NCBI GenBank assembly: GCA_022842945.1
Contig: JALHOO010000003.1
Span: 14,458-78,457, forward strand
Direction of reading: 5' to 3'
DNA: 64,000 nt
DNA from: Minisyncoccota bacterium
GTDB taxonomy: Bacteria; Patescibacteriota; Minisyncoccia; Phycocordibacterales; Phycocordibacteraceae
Shown here one piece after another: positions 35,634-46,741 of this stretch (positions within the stretch are counted from its first letter, which is position 1; every line of letters begins with the position of its first letter). Below the pieces are notes generated by a model, which made no database searches, was not told the DNA's origin, and worked only from the letters and a program-made list of their open reading frames with translations. The translations under genes and the position numbers were made by a program.

Positions 35634-36518
35634 ATGTCTATGACGTTTAACGGACCTCCAAAGCCAGTACACGAGAAGGCTCCTGGTGCTGTAGTGGAAA
35701 CACCAGAATACTGGGAGGGTAATAAGCCATTCAAATCTCCAAGAAAGTATTACGAGGCTCAGTTTGAGTTGGCGAAAATGATGGCCGAGCGCACAGGAAT
35801 GTCCTTAGTAGATGCTGTGGATTTATATGCACCTGTCATAAAGAATCATATTCATACGTTCAACGAAGAGAGTGATTGGGAAATCACTGGACTTGAAGAA
35901 GGTGTTACTGACGAGAACATGCTCGAGCATGCCTGGGAACGATCCTTGGTGCGTCACATTGAACGTAATAGCGAGCCTACGGAATACCATCCGGAAGGTT
36001 CGCGTTTTGGGTGTCATTACTATGATTACGACGAAGCCTCAAAGACTATAAATATTCATTTCTTCAATGCAGAGTTCGAAGAAGAATGGGTAGACGGAGC
36101 CGATGTTTCCAAGGGTCCTCTTGATAGAGTGAAGATTGAACGAAGGCTGCACGAGCTAGCGGACATGTTCCGAGATATTAAAGCTCGATATCCTGATGCA
36201 GAAAAGGTTCGCTGCCAGACAACTCTAAACAATCTCGAATCCTATCTTAGATTGTTTCCAGAATCCTACAGAGATTCCGTAGGCGGCATTGACTACGACC
36301 CTAAGCTTTGGGGTCAGGGCACAACGGTCTGGGGTCAGTTTGTCGGCGGGAATAACAAGAAGAAGGGAGAGTACGGGTTTAAGGAAGAACTCGTCGCTTC
36401 ATTTCTAGAGAAAGCTAAACACGTGCCTATAGATAAGCTACCTGAAGCACTACCTAATCCCGTTCGCACCGGAGAGGCGCCGATAGAGGATTTCTACGAT
36501 CTCTACCGGGTTGCATAG
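35634..36518 (+). CDS. Hypothetical protein
   Basis: 294-aa ORF in an AT-richer segment. No recognised domain. Confidence 0.45.
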   Translation: MSMTFNGPPKPVHEKAPGAVVETPEYWEGNKPFKSPRKYYEAQFELAKMMAERTGMSLVDAVDLYAPVIKNHIHTFNEESDWEITGLEEGVTDENMLEHAWERSLVRHIERNSEPTEYHPEGSRFGCHYYDYDEASKTINIHFFNAEFEEEWVDGADVSKGPLDRVKIERRLHELADMFRDIKARYPDAEKVRCQTTLNNLESYLRLFPESYRDSVGGIDYDPKLWGQGTTVWGQFVGGNNKKKGEYGFKEELVASFLEKAKHVPIDKLPEALPNPVRTGEAPIEDFYDLYRVA

Positions 36519-36613
36519 TAGAGTTTAGTTCGCACCTTGTCTCAAGGTGCGTGCTCGACAAGTCTACATTTTTATACTATAAGTAACCTAGTTGAATTTA
36601 TGGAGGTACAGCT

Positions 36614-36973
36614 ATGGCTACTCGTGTGGAGCGGCTCCTAGCCGCCTTCGACAAGATCTTTTCCAGACATCACGATCGGAGTACTCCGGGGTCCAATGGT
36701 GCCGCGTACTCTGAGACCTACTGGTCTGGTATCGGCACCAAGTTCTGCTTCGTCGACAAAGCAAGCAACGTCTCATGGCTCGGGAATTCTTTCTGGGTCA
36801 TTCATCAATATGATGAGAATGGCGTCCTACTGAGTCGGAAACGCGTGGTTGAAATGGCTGGTCCTGACGAGCGTATCATCTACGGCCATGACCAGGTGTA
36901 TCAAGCGTACCGTGATCAGCCGAATGATCAGCGGTTCCCCAGGTCTCCTGGGACGATGACTATCTGCTACTGA
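36614..36973 (+). CDS. Hypothetical protein
   Basis: 119-aa ORF. Confidence 0.4.
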   Translation: MATRVERLLAAFDKIFSRHHDRSTPGSNGAAYSETYWSGIGTKFCFVDKASNVSWLGNSFWVIHQYDENGVLLSRKRVVEMAGPDERIIYGHDQVYQAYRDQPNDQRFPRSPGTMTICY

Positions 36974-37053
36974 AAGCCTTCAGCGACGGCCCGAGAAATC
37001 GGGCCGTTTCTACTTGCCTGTATTCGAATATTATCCCTCGCGACCAGCACCAG

Positions 37054-38235
37054 CTAGCGCACATCCCTAAGCGGAATCGTAACAATAATGCCAAGAGCAA
37101 CAATGAGTGCACCTGAAACCATAAAGAAGAGCAGATAGTTCCCGGTAATAAGAAGGAGACTCGCAAACAAAGGAGCGATAAGTGCACCAACCGGTCGCAT
37201 CATGCGGTATACCGTTATGGTTGAGGCATCTCGTTCCGTTACGCTCCTAAAGAAATGCCCCTCAACCATAGCCTCAACAAGCGCCGCGCCAATGCGCGAC
37301 ACAAAGAGTATGGCGGCAATAACAACGAGAGAGGTTGATGCAGTAACGAGCGCGAGTGCTCCGAATGCTATGCCTGTAATAACAAAACCGGCAATAAGCA
37401 TTTCCTTGTCGCCAAGCCACTTGTCCGCAATAATCCCGGCCGGATATTCAAGAAATACAAACGGCAGGAGCATAACGGCAAACACCCATCCTAAATCGCT
37501 CCATGGGAATCCTAATACCGTGTGCAGATAGAGTGGAATGTAGAGAGGCGCGAGATGGAAGAAGAACTGAAGCACGCCATTTCCAAGTGCCGCAGCTCTA
37601 AGGTCTGGATTCGCCCATATACACGCAAGGGTGGTAGCTATTTTAGATACGTGGGGAACCTCTCCTGTAGGAAGACGCTCAAAGAGAAAGAGTGCAATGA
37701 ACGGAGTAAGCGAAAGAGCCGCAAAGAGAAACACACGTCCGTATGCTTCTGTCCCATCGAGCACCCAGCCGATAATCAAAGGAGCTAACAGAAGCGCTAC
37801 GCTTCCTGCAGTTATGAAGAGTGTACGAACACGCCCTGTTGTTCCTTCCTCGTCCGTAACCGCCTCAAGCAGAAGATCAAGCTGATAGGACAGAATGGGG
37901 GCGAGCGCCATAACCACAACCACACACAGAACTGCAAACAGTACACTTGGCGAGAGGGCGAGTACAGACAGAAACACTGCCTGCAGCGCTGCGAGTATGA
38001 GCGCTAATCGCTTCGCGCCAATCGTGCGCACCATCTGTGGCACGAAGGGAAAAAGAATGAGTGTGGCAAGCGCGCCAAGCGACACCACCAGCCCGGTCTT
38101 GCTTGCTGGCATCAAGAGCGCCAAGTACGGCGCTACAATATAGATAACGAGAAAGAAGTAGATAGCCGAGAGGAAGTTCCCGATAGAAAGGACAAGACGC
38201 GGGTGCATTACTTCGATTCTAGCATTCGCATGCAC
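37054..38235 (-). CDS. MFS transporter
   Basis: 12 predicted TM helices in a 6+6 arrangement. Confidence 0.8.
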   Translation of the reverse strand: MHANARIEVMHPRLVLSIGNFLSAIYFFLVIYIVAPYLALLMPASKTGLVVSLGALATLILFPFVPQMVRTIGAKRLALILAALQAVFLSVLALSPSVLFAVLCVVVVMALAPILSYQLDLLLEAVTDEEGTTGRVRTLFITAGSVALLLAPLIIGWVLDGTEAYGRVFLFAALSLTPFIALFLFERLPTGEVPHVSKIATTLACIWANPDLRAAALGNGVLQFFFHLAPLYIPLYLHTVLGFPWSDLGWVFAVMLLPFVFLEYPAGIIADKWLGDKEMLIAGFVITGIAFGALALVTASTSLVVIAAILFVSRIGAALVEAMVEGHFFRSVTERDASTITVYRMMRPVGALIAPLFASLLLITGNYLLFFMVSGALIVALGIIVTIPLRDVR

Positions 38236-38335
38236 TGCTTTTCACACAGCACGAATGAGCTAGCAAATCTTGTTAAGGGGATGTATGACGTTGTACGTAC
38301 AATGTATTGACAGACTCAAAGAGCGAGTATAGACT

Positions 38336-38611
38336 ATGTCCATGACTACCACGATACAAGTCCGCGTTGACGCTAAAGTAAAGAAAGAAGCCCAAGCAGT
38401 GTTTGAGAATATGGGACTCGATCTCTCCAGTGGTGTGAAGCTGTATCTTACGCAGGTTGTGCGTGAGCAAGGACTTCCTTTTACGCCACGCACGGCAAAT
38501 GGCTTCTCGTCCGCATATGAGACTAAGCTCTTACGTGAGGCAGCGAGCACGAAGAAGAACGGAACTTCTTATCGTTCAGCTAAGACGGCAATGCGCGACC
38601 TACTCTCCTAG
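38336..38611 (+). CDS. dinJ: Type II antitoxin, RelB/DinJ family
   Basis: MTTTIQVRVDAKVKKEAQAVFENMGLDLSSGVKLYLTQVVREQGLPF matches the DinJ N-terminal RHH region. Confidence 0.75.
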   Translation: MSMTTTIQVRVDAKVKKEAQAVFENMGLDLSSGVKLYLTQVVREQGLPFTPRTANGFSSAYETKLLREAASTKKNGTSYRSAKTAMRDLLS

Positions 38612-38614
38612 TCC

Positions 38615-38890
38615 ATGTACGAACTTCGCTCCTCTCGTCTTGCGAAGAAATCGCTCAAGAAGCTCAGTCGCAGTGGCTCGTTTGATGCTCAAGCCTTTGA
38701 AGATTTGTTAGAGCACTTCATAGCAGGAGGGAAGATCCCGTCCAGATATAAAGATCATCAGCTTCAAGGAAACCTCTCCCTGTTCCGGGAGTGTCATCTA
38801 GTGTTCGATCTTCTTGTTATATACGAGCGAGACGAAACGCACCGAACCGTTACCCTCCTTGATATCGGTACGCACGACAGTCTTTTCTAA
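38615..38890 (+). CDS. yafQ: Type II toxin YafQ (RelE/ParE superfamily mRNA interferase)
   Basis: SRLAKKSLKKL...KDHQLQGNLSLFRECHLVFDLLVIYERDETHRTVTLLDIGTHDSLF matches the YafQ pattern. It starts 4 nt after the dinJ stop. Confidence 0.75.
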   Translation: MYELRSSRLAKKSLKKLSRSGSFDAQAFEDLLEHFIAGGKIPSRYKDHQLQGNLSLFRECHLVFDLLVIYERDETHRTVTLLDIGTHDSLF

Positions 38891-38950
38891 GAGAGTAAGC
38901 AAGAAGCCCGCGTGACCTAGGTCACGCGGGCTTCTTTGTATAGGCGGTAC

Positions 38951-40867
38951 CTAGACTCCGATGAGTACCGGGATAACCATAGGCGCTTTGTTGGTGCGCG
39001 TGAAGAGGTATCCAGCCATCGTGTCCGAGAGCGCGTTCTTCACGAAGTCGAGGTCAACCGGGTTCATGCCCTCAGTTGAGTCCTCAACCGTCTTCTTAAT
39101 AAGAAGGCGTGCTTGGTTCAGCATGTCCTGGTTCTCACGCAGGTATACGAACCCGCGGGAGATGATATCCGGAGACTTGCGGAGCTTTCCAGTCTTCAGG
39201 TTAACGGTGGCGATGATAACGAACATACCATCCTTCGCGAGCGCAAGACGATCGCGGATAACCACTTCCTGGAGGTCGCCGATAGAGAAGCCATCCACCA
39301 CGAGTGGGGTAGAAGGAACCTTCTGCTTGTGGATCTCCATGCGGGTACCCTGGTCTACGATGTCGATAACGGTACCGTTGTCAGCCACAACGATAGACTC
39401 GCGCGGACGCCCTGCCTGCTCAACGGCCTTTGCGTGGCTTGCGGTCATCGAGTAGTAGCCGTATGCAGGCATGAAGAACTTTGCGTTCACCTGCTGGTTA
39501 ATCCAGATAAGCTCGCCCGTGTTTCCGTGTCCGGTTGAGTGCACGTCGCTTGAGCGGTAGTGGATGAGGGATGCACCGCTGCGATACAGATTGTCCTTCA
39601 AGCGCTGCACAGAGATCTCGTTTCCAGGAATAACCGAAGACGAGAGGACAACGGTATCGCGCGGATTAAGCGTAATGGACTTGTGCTGCTTGGTTGCGAT
39701 GCGCATGAGGGCCGCAAACTCCTCTCCCTGAGCACCGGTTGAGAGGATAACTATCTTGTCTGGTGGATAGTCTCCAATCTCCGCAGCAGAGATAATCGTC
39801 TCCTTCTTAACCTTAAGAAGGCCGGTCTTCTGGGCAATCTCGAGGTTGGTCTTAATGGAGCGACCTTCGGTAACAATCTTCTTGTTGAGAGACTCTGCGA
39901 TCTCGATGATACGGACCATGCGTTCGAACTGCGAGGCGAAGGTTCCGATAATGAGACGGCCCTTAACGGTCTTAATGATCTCTTCGAGCGTCTCATGTAC
40001 TTTGCGCTCAGGCACCGAGAAGCCGTCACGCTCAGCGTTCGTTGAGTCTGCAATGAAGAAGAGGTTCTTCTGTGCCGCAAGCGCACCCCACTTCTTCTGC
40101 TCAGCCGCGGTTGGAATACCGTTCTCGTGGTCGAGCTTCAAGTCTCCGGTTGCGATAACGTTTCCGTAGGGTGTCTCTACCGCAATACCCATAGAGTCAG
40201 GAATAGAGTGCGTCACGGGGAAGAACTGAACCTTGGTTGAACCAATGGTCATGGTTGAATTCGGATCAACCGTAATCACATTAAGTTCTGGTTGGTCAGG
40301 GTACTCTTCCTGACGCTTCTTGATCATTACGGCAGAAAGGTTCTGCGTATAGATAGGGGGATTGCCCATGCGCTCCATAAGGAAGGGGATACCGCCGATG
40401 TGGTCGAGGTGGCCGTGCGTGATGAAAATACCGCGAATACGGTCCTTGTTAACCTCAAGGTACTTGGTGTTTGGAAGAACGTAGTCGACGCCTGGCTGTG
40501 TATCCTCAGATACGAACTGGAAGCCTACGTCAAAGACGAAAATGTCGCCATTGGTTTCAACGGTAAACATGTTACGTCCCACTTCCTCAACACCGCCAAG
40601 AGGAACGATACGGACCACGTCCTTGCCCGGAGCTGCCGGGAGGTACTCGGCAACCTTCTTCTGGATGCCTTCGCCTCCTCCGGTGCTTCGCATAGGGCGA
40701 GGACCGCCGGAACCCGGACGTCCTGCGTTGGTGCGTCCGCGACCACGGCCGCGACCCGCGTCACGTGGGGGACGTGGCGTGTCGCTCTGCGCACGCTCGC
40801 GAGGAGCGCTTGCAGGAGTTTGAGAACGAGGGCTTGGCGCCGGAGCTGGCGCAGGTGCTGCTGACAT
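38951..40867 (-). CDS. rnj: Ribonuclease J with ~70-aa Pro/Arg/Gly-rich N-terminal extension
   Basis: Metallo-beta-lactamase motif HGHLDHIGG, beta-CASP and C-terminal domains. The N-terminus is MSAAPAPAPAPSPRSQTPASAPRERAQSDTPRPPRDAGRGRGRGRTNAGRPGSGGPRP. Confidence 0.85.
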   Translation of the reverse strand: MSAAPAPAPAPSPRSQTPASAPRERAQSDTPRPPRDAGRGRGRGRTNAGRPGSGGPRPMRSTGGGEGIQKKVAEYLPAAPGKDVVRIVPLGGVEEVGRNMFTVETNGDIFVFDVGFQFVSEDTQPGVDYVLPNTKYLEVNKDRIRGIFITHGHLDHIGGIPFLMERMGNPPIYTQNLSAVMIKKRQEEYPDQPELNVITVDPNSTMTIGSTKVQFFPVTHSIPDSMGIAVETPYGNVIATGDLKLDHENGIPTAAEQKKWGALAAQKNLFFIADSTNAERDGFSVPERKVHETLEEIIKTVKGRLIIGTFASQFERMVRIIEIAESLNKKIVTEGRSIKTNLEIAQKTGLLKVKKETIISAAEIGDYPPDKIVILSTGAQGEEFAALMRIATKQHKSITLNPRDTVVLSSSVIPGNEISVQRLKDNLYRSGASLIHYRSSDVHSTGHGNTGELIWINQQVNAKFFMPAYGYYSMTASHAKAVEQAGRPRESIVVADNGTVIDIVDQGTRMEIHKQKVPSTPLVVDGFSIGDLQEVVIRDRLALAKDGMFVIIATVNLKTGKLRKSPDIISRGFVYLRENQDMLNQARLLIKKTVEDSTEGMNPVDLDFVKNALSDTMAGYLFTRTNKAPMVIPVLIGV

Positions 40868-40967
40868 AATAGTTTTAATTGTTAGGTATGTTAATGGTAT
40901 AGGTGCACACCAGAATGGTTTGAGTGCGCAGTAGGCAGACAGGAGGAACGGTCCTCTGGTCTATCTA

Positions 40968-42653
40968 CTAATCACTCGTTCGCGCAAATACGGGCCACAC
41001 GTGCTCAGTAGTACGGTACCAGCCTCTAACACCTGCGAACCGGTCTGATGGTGTTGCTATCTGGGGAAGGCGCACTCCGTGGACGCTGTTAGGAATAGCA
41101 TACAGGAAGTCGGGTGCATGCGTAAAGGCGGCGGGATAATCGCTCGCGATAAGTGTGGATACCTCCTGTAAATCCTCCGTTGCTACAGCAGGATCCTGCT
41201 CTTCACGAATACGCTCAAGCAGAAGGTCAACGGTACGATTAGCGTACGCGGCAATGTTAAGTCCCGGATCACTACGCTCTCCAGAGTCCCAGAACGCAAA
41301 CAAATCGCGGTCTCGTCCCACAACCATACCGAAGAAGAGTATCTCGTATGCGCGTGGGCGAATAACAGTCGTGGCAAGGTCTCCTGGTTCGTACAGCTCA
41401 ACTTCAACCTGTACACCAAGACGCTCCCAGTCTGCCTCTACGGCGGAGGCTATAGCCTTGAGTTCAGGTACGTTCGACGTCTTGAGGGTAACGGTTTCAA
41501 GGGTGTACTCTCCATCGCCCCACACCCCTGTTTCCGGATCCCGCTCCCAACCCTCTTTTTCAAGGGTCTCGATAGCAAGGGTAAGGCTATCTCCCTCGGG
41601 GAACGGGAAGCTCTCTACGCCGCTTCCAGGCGGCACGGGTCCCGTGAGGGGAGTGGCAAAGCCGCTCAGTACCTCGTCTACGATATATGCACGGTTAACA
41701 GCAAGAGAGAGTGCCTTGCGTACTTCAGTCTTTGCAAAGACCGGGTTCTCGTCGCTATTGAAGAACGCACCGAAGATACGAGAGTACGGGGAGCGTAGAG
41801 ACGTAGGGGTGCTCAGACCATGCGCGCTCTGAATGCTCTTGCGAGCATACGCATCCTTAAGCTTTTCAGTGTCGTCATAGAACTTTACGTAGATGCGATC
41901 GAGATAGGGACGCCCGAGTGCGTACGAATCAGAAGCCTTAAGTTCATAGGAGATAACGCTTCCGTCACTATCACGGGTTACCTTGGCAACCTCAAAGGGA
42001 CCGGCACCGATAGGGTTGCTCATGAGTGGCGAGAACGAGAATTCGCTGAGCGGTATGTTGCGCCACTTATCCGCCGGAAGGATACCGAGTGTCGTATCTA
42101 TGAGGAACGGCGCATAGGGCTTTGGAAGGGTAAAGACAACGGTGCGTGCATCAAGGGCCTGTGCACGAATGTTTGCCCAGTTAGCGAGCTCTGGACTGCG
42201 AAGCGCTGGGTCTTGTGCCTTCTCAACCGTAAACACCACATCGTTTGCGGTTACGGGCGTACCGTCTGAGAACCTGGCGTTCTCTCTCAGAGAGAACGTG
42301 TACTCAAGACCGTCTTCTGATACGCGGTACCGTTCAGCAAGTACCGGTACGAGATTTCCCTCGTCGTTAAGACCCATGAGTCCAGCGTAGGTTAGGGCCG
42401 TAAGGTCGCGGTCTGCGTCCGTGAGTGCAAGAAGGGGGTTCACAAAGCGCGGAGACCCCACAACGCCTTCCGTAAGCGTGCCCCCGTAGGCCGGCACTTC
42501 AACGAGGAACGTTCTCTGAAATGCAATGAGGCCTGCAAGGCTCGTTCCGAGCACAACGAAGCCAAGGAAAGACGCAATAAAGCGATCTCCCGGAGAGAGC
42601 TGCTTGAAGAAAGACACTATGCGCTTAAGGGGGGAGCTTTGGGAGCTATCCAT
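40968..42653 (-). CDS. ABC transporter substrate-binding protein, family 5 (peptide/nickel/oligopeptide type)
   Basis: N-terminal TM anchor. SBP_bac_5-like length and conserved stretches (TFTLRENARFSDGTPVTANDVVFT). Confidence 0.7.
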   Translation of the reverse strand: MDSSQSSPLKRIVSFFKQLSPGDRFIASFLGFVVLGTSLAGLIAFQRTFLVEVPAYGGTLTEGVVGSPRFVNPLLALTDADRDLTALTYAGLMGLNDEGNLVPVLAERYRVSEDGLEYTFSLRENARFSDGTPVTANDVVFTVEKAQDPALRSPELANWANIRAQALDARTVVFTLPKPYAPFLIDTTLGILPADKWRNIPLSEFSFSPLMSNPIGAGPFEVAKVTRDSDGSVISYELKASDSYALGRPYLDRIYVKFYDDTEKLKDAYARKSIQSAHGLSTPTSLRSPYSRIFGAFFNSDENPVFAKTEVRKALSLAVNRAYIVDEVLSGFATPLTGPVPPGSGVESFPFPEGDSLTLAIETLEKEGWERDPETGVWGDGEYTLETVTLKTSNVPELKAIASAVEADWERLGVQVEVELYEPGDLATTVIRPRAYEILFFGMVVGRDRDLFAFWDSGERSDPGLNIAAYANRTVDLLLERIREEQDPAVATEDLQEVSTLIASDYPAAFTHAPDFLYAIPNSVHGVRLPQIATPSDRFAGVRGWYRTTEHVWPVFARTSD

Positions 42654-42707
42654 ACGTACGTAAATAGGGGAGTGGCCACCTAAGTGGCAGGGAGCGAGTC
42701 TGAAAGA

Positions 42708-42938
42708 CTAGATAAAGAACCCAGCGACAACCGACAGCACAAAAAGAATAGCCGTTACGATGGTCGCATTGAACAGGAACTTCTCAGCACCTCGGCGCTT
42801 GTAGAAGGTCGATGCGAAGTTGTCGCCTCCAAAGGCTCCTCCGAGGGACGCCCCCCGGTTCTGGAGGACAATACCTATGATAAGGAGTAGGGAGAGGGCT
42901 ATCTGAATGTAGGGCAATCCTGCCGAAAGAGTCTCCAT
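42708..42938 (-). CDS. secG: Preprotein translocase subunit SecG
   Basis: 76-aa two-TM protein METLSAGLPYIQIALSLLLIIGIVLQNRGASLGGAFGGDNFASTFYKRRGAEKFLFNATIVTAILFVLSV with the Gly-rich loop. Start is set at the internal METL. Confidence 0.7.
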   Translation of the reverse strand: METLSAGLPYIQIALSLLLIIGIVLQNRGASLGGAFGGDNFASTFYKRRGAEKFLFNATIVTAILFVLSVVAGFFI

Positions 42939-43017
42939 CTGTGGGGTCGAGTATAGCAAATAGGGGACAGGAATGCAAAAGCCCCCGGTTCCTTTCGGAT
43001 CCGAGGGCGACTGGTGT

Positions 43018-43218
43018 TCAGGAAGATAGGGAAGTGTTGAGCGATCGTCGAGGCCCCCGCTTGGTGCCTTTCTCAACCGTTCCTGTGGGGTGATCGACTT
43101 CGTGGTCGATCTCCCAAGAACGGAGCCAGACCCTTTTCGTGTTATTTCCGCGTGCGACTTCGTACCACGAGCGGCCGTTGGTCAGAGCGCGGTACCATCC
43201 GAAGTTACGCCAAAACAT
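43018..43218 (-). CDS. Possible small Trp/Arg-rich protein (66 aa), uncertain
   Basis: MFWRNFGWYRALTNGRSWYEVARGNNTKRVW... It overlaps the 5' region of the long secG ORF in another frame. No homology recognised. Confidence 0.2.
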   Translation of the reverse strand: MFWRNFGWYRALTNGRSWYEVARGNNTKRVWLRSWEIDHEVDHPTGTVEKGTKRGPRRSLNTSLSS

Positions 43219-43309
43219 CCTTTATTCCTCCTGTGCTGCAAAGGTGCGTCAAAAGAAAAATAGCATATTTTTAATGCAAAGTCAATTACCCAGAGAATAG
43301 TTAGGGAAG

Positions 43310-43337
43310 TTGACGCTCACTACCGCCGTTCTATACT
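43310..43337 (+). promoter_or_regulatory. Candidate sigma-70 promoter for groES-groEL (TTGACG-16-TATACT)
   Basis: TTGACG at 43310-43315 and TATACT at 43332-43337. This leaves a leader of ~88 nt. No CIRCE inverted repeat was seen. Confidence 0.45.
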
Positions 43338-43425
43338 GTGGATAACTCGGTGAGGCACAACAGCGCACCGAATGGGGAATCTTTCAGTTTGACGTTTATA
43401 ACCGCACTAAGCGAAACATTTTCCT

Positions 43426-43734
43426 ATGGCTACCTCAGACAAAAAACTCGCTATTACGCCACTTGCAGACCGCGTGGTAGTACAGCCTTTGGCGAAAGAC
43501 GAAGTGTCTGCATCCGGCATCATTATCCCGGACTCGGCAAAACAAGAAGCGCCCTCAAAAGGAACCGTTGTAGCGGTCGGTGAAGGTCGGTATGACGATG
43601 GCGACCTTATCCCTATGACGGTTAAGGTTGGAGACCAGATTCTCTTCTCGAAGTATGGCTACGACGAAGTGAAGATTAATGGTCAGGAGTACTACATTCT
43701 TTCAGAGTCTAGCGTCCTCGCTATTCTCGGTTAG
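43426..43734 (+). CDS. groES: Co-chaperonin GroES
   Basis: 102 aa collinear with GroES (LADRVVVQP...GIIIPDSAKQ...GTVVAVGEG). Confidence 0.9.
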   Translation: MATSDKKLAITPLADRVVVQPLAKDEVSASGIIIPDSAKQEAPSKGTVVAVGEGRYDDGDLIPMTVKVGDQILFSKYGYDEVKINGQEYYILSESSVLAILG

Positions 43735-43762
43735 CGACTCCCCTTTTATTTCCCTTTCTTAA

Positions 43763-45409
<1,647 letters not shown>

Positions 45410-45429
45410 CGCTAAAGAGGGAAACTGAA

Positions 45430-45470
45430 AAGCGCCGCGGTCCTTACGGACGGCGGCGCTTTCATTTATG
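45430..45470 (+). terminator. Bidirectional terminator
   Basis: GCGCCGCGGTCC-TTAC-GGACGGCGGCGC followed by TTTCATTT. Confidence 0.6.
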
Positions 45471-45735
45471 CCTGCTCTCGGGCAGAGCGTTGCTTTTCTT
45501 CGCACCGAGTTTCGTAGTCGTCATCAGCGCAGCTCAGCTGGACAACAAACGAAACGATGAGCTCTCCGAGAAAGCTGAGTGGTCGGGCAAGCACGCTTGC
45601 GAGGATGAGAATCGCTGCGAGTCCAAGTGAGATTGCCACCAAAGGCTCGATGAGACCCCCGACAAAATCTGATACATACTGCCCGACCCCGTTCCATACG
45701 GACTCCGACATAGACCTAACTGTTCCGTTGTGCAT
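45466..45735 (-). CDS. Small membrane protein, hypothetical
   Basis: Start chosen at MHNGTV. Two TM helices (LIEPLVAISLGLAAILILASVLA and LGELIVSFVVQL). Confidence 0.4.
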   Translation of the reverse strand: MHNGTVRSMSESVWNGVGQYVSDFVGGLIEPLVAISLGLAAILILASVLARPLSFLGELIVSFVVQLSCADDDYETRCEEKQRSAREQA

Positions 45736-45850
45736 TTCAAACCTCCCTTTTCCGTCTCTGACCATACGCCTACTCGCAAAAACACGCAATGAAGGAGGGG
45801 GTGAATTGCCGTTCTTGCGTTTGCACCTGAAGAACTTACAATAGAGGTAT

Positions 45851-46411
45851 ATGACTATTCTTTACATTGTGCTCGGCGTACTTGCCCTCTTGGTTTTGTG
45901 GGTGGTGCTTACCTATAACGGATTTGTTTCTCTACGGAATCGTGCAAAAGAAGCATGGTCTGACATCGAAGTGCAGATGAAAAGGCGCTATGACCTTATC
46001 CCTAACCTCATCGAGACGGTTAAGGGATACGCAGCACATGAGAGTCAGACACTCGCAAGCGTAACTGAGGCGCGCACCGCCGCTATGGGAGCACAGACGG
46101 TTGAGCAGCATGCAGAAGCTGAGAATATGCTCACCGGAGCTCTTAAGTCGCTCTTCGCAGTATCAGAGGCGTACCCAGACCTTAAGGCGAACACCAACTT
46201 CCTCGAGCTGCAGCGCGAGCTCTCAGACACTGAGAACAAGATCATGGCGTCACGCCGCTTCTATAACGCGAACGTACAGACCATGAACACGGCGGTTGAG
46301 CAGTTCCCTGGGAACGTCCTTGCAGGACCCTTCGGCTTTGCGCAGATGGATCTCTTCGAGCTTACGGACGCTGAGCAGGCCGCTCGCGAGCCGGTGAAGG
46401 TTGCGTTCTAA
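45851..46411 (+). CDS. LemA family protein
   Basis: N-terminal TM helix, then NGFVSLRNRAKEAWSDIEVQMKRRYDLIPNLIETVKGYAAHE..YNANVQTMNTAVEQFPGNVLAGPFGF. Confidence 0.8.
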   Translation: MTILYIVLGVLALLVLWVVLTYNGFVSLRNRAKEAWSDIEVQMKRRYDLIPNLIETVKGYAAHESQTLASVTEARTAAMGAQTVEQHAEAENMLTGALKSLFAVSEAYPDLKANTNFLELQRELSDTENKIMASRRFYNANVQTMNTAVEQFPGNVLAGPFGFAQMDLFELTDAEQAAREPVKVAF

Positions 46412-46417
46412 CGCTCT

Positions 46418-46729
46418 ATGCTGAACGAAGCTCAGAAACGTATCGACGACTGGGCACAGCAGTTCGCTGAGCCGTACTGGCCACCGTTGTCTCAGTTCGC
46501 GGCTCTCACTGAGGAGGTGGGCGAAGTAGGCCGGCTCCTCAATCACCTGTACGGCTCGAAGCCGAAGAAGCAGGAAGAGGCTGCACAGGAACTCGGCGGG
46601 GAGATTACCGACGTTATATTCGCAGCCATGTGTCTCGCGAACCGGCATGGGATCGATCTCGACGCTGCATTCGAGAAGAAGATGGATACCTGCTACGGTC
46701 GCGACAAGGATAGGTTCGAGAAGAAATAA
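46418..46729 (+). CDS. MazG-like nucleotide pyrophosphohydrolase domain protein
   Basis: LTEEVGEVGRLLNHLYG...ELGGEITDVIFAAMCLANRHGIDLDAAFEKKMD is an EExxE-type MazG core. Confidence 0.65.
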   Translation: MLNEAQKRIDDWAQQFAEPYWPPLSQFAALTEEVGEVGRLLNHLYGSKPKKQEEAAQELGGEITDVIFAAMCLANRHGIDLDAAFEKKMDTCYGRDKDRFEKK

Positions 46730-46741
46730 TTCGTTCACTCT

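Noticed and set aside
43219-43425. CIRCE (HrcA) operator upstream of groES
   Set aside because: No TTAGCACTC-N9-GAGTGCTAA-like inverted repeat is present in the 207-nt leader region. Only a sigma-70-like promoter was found.
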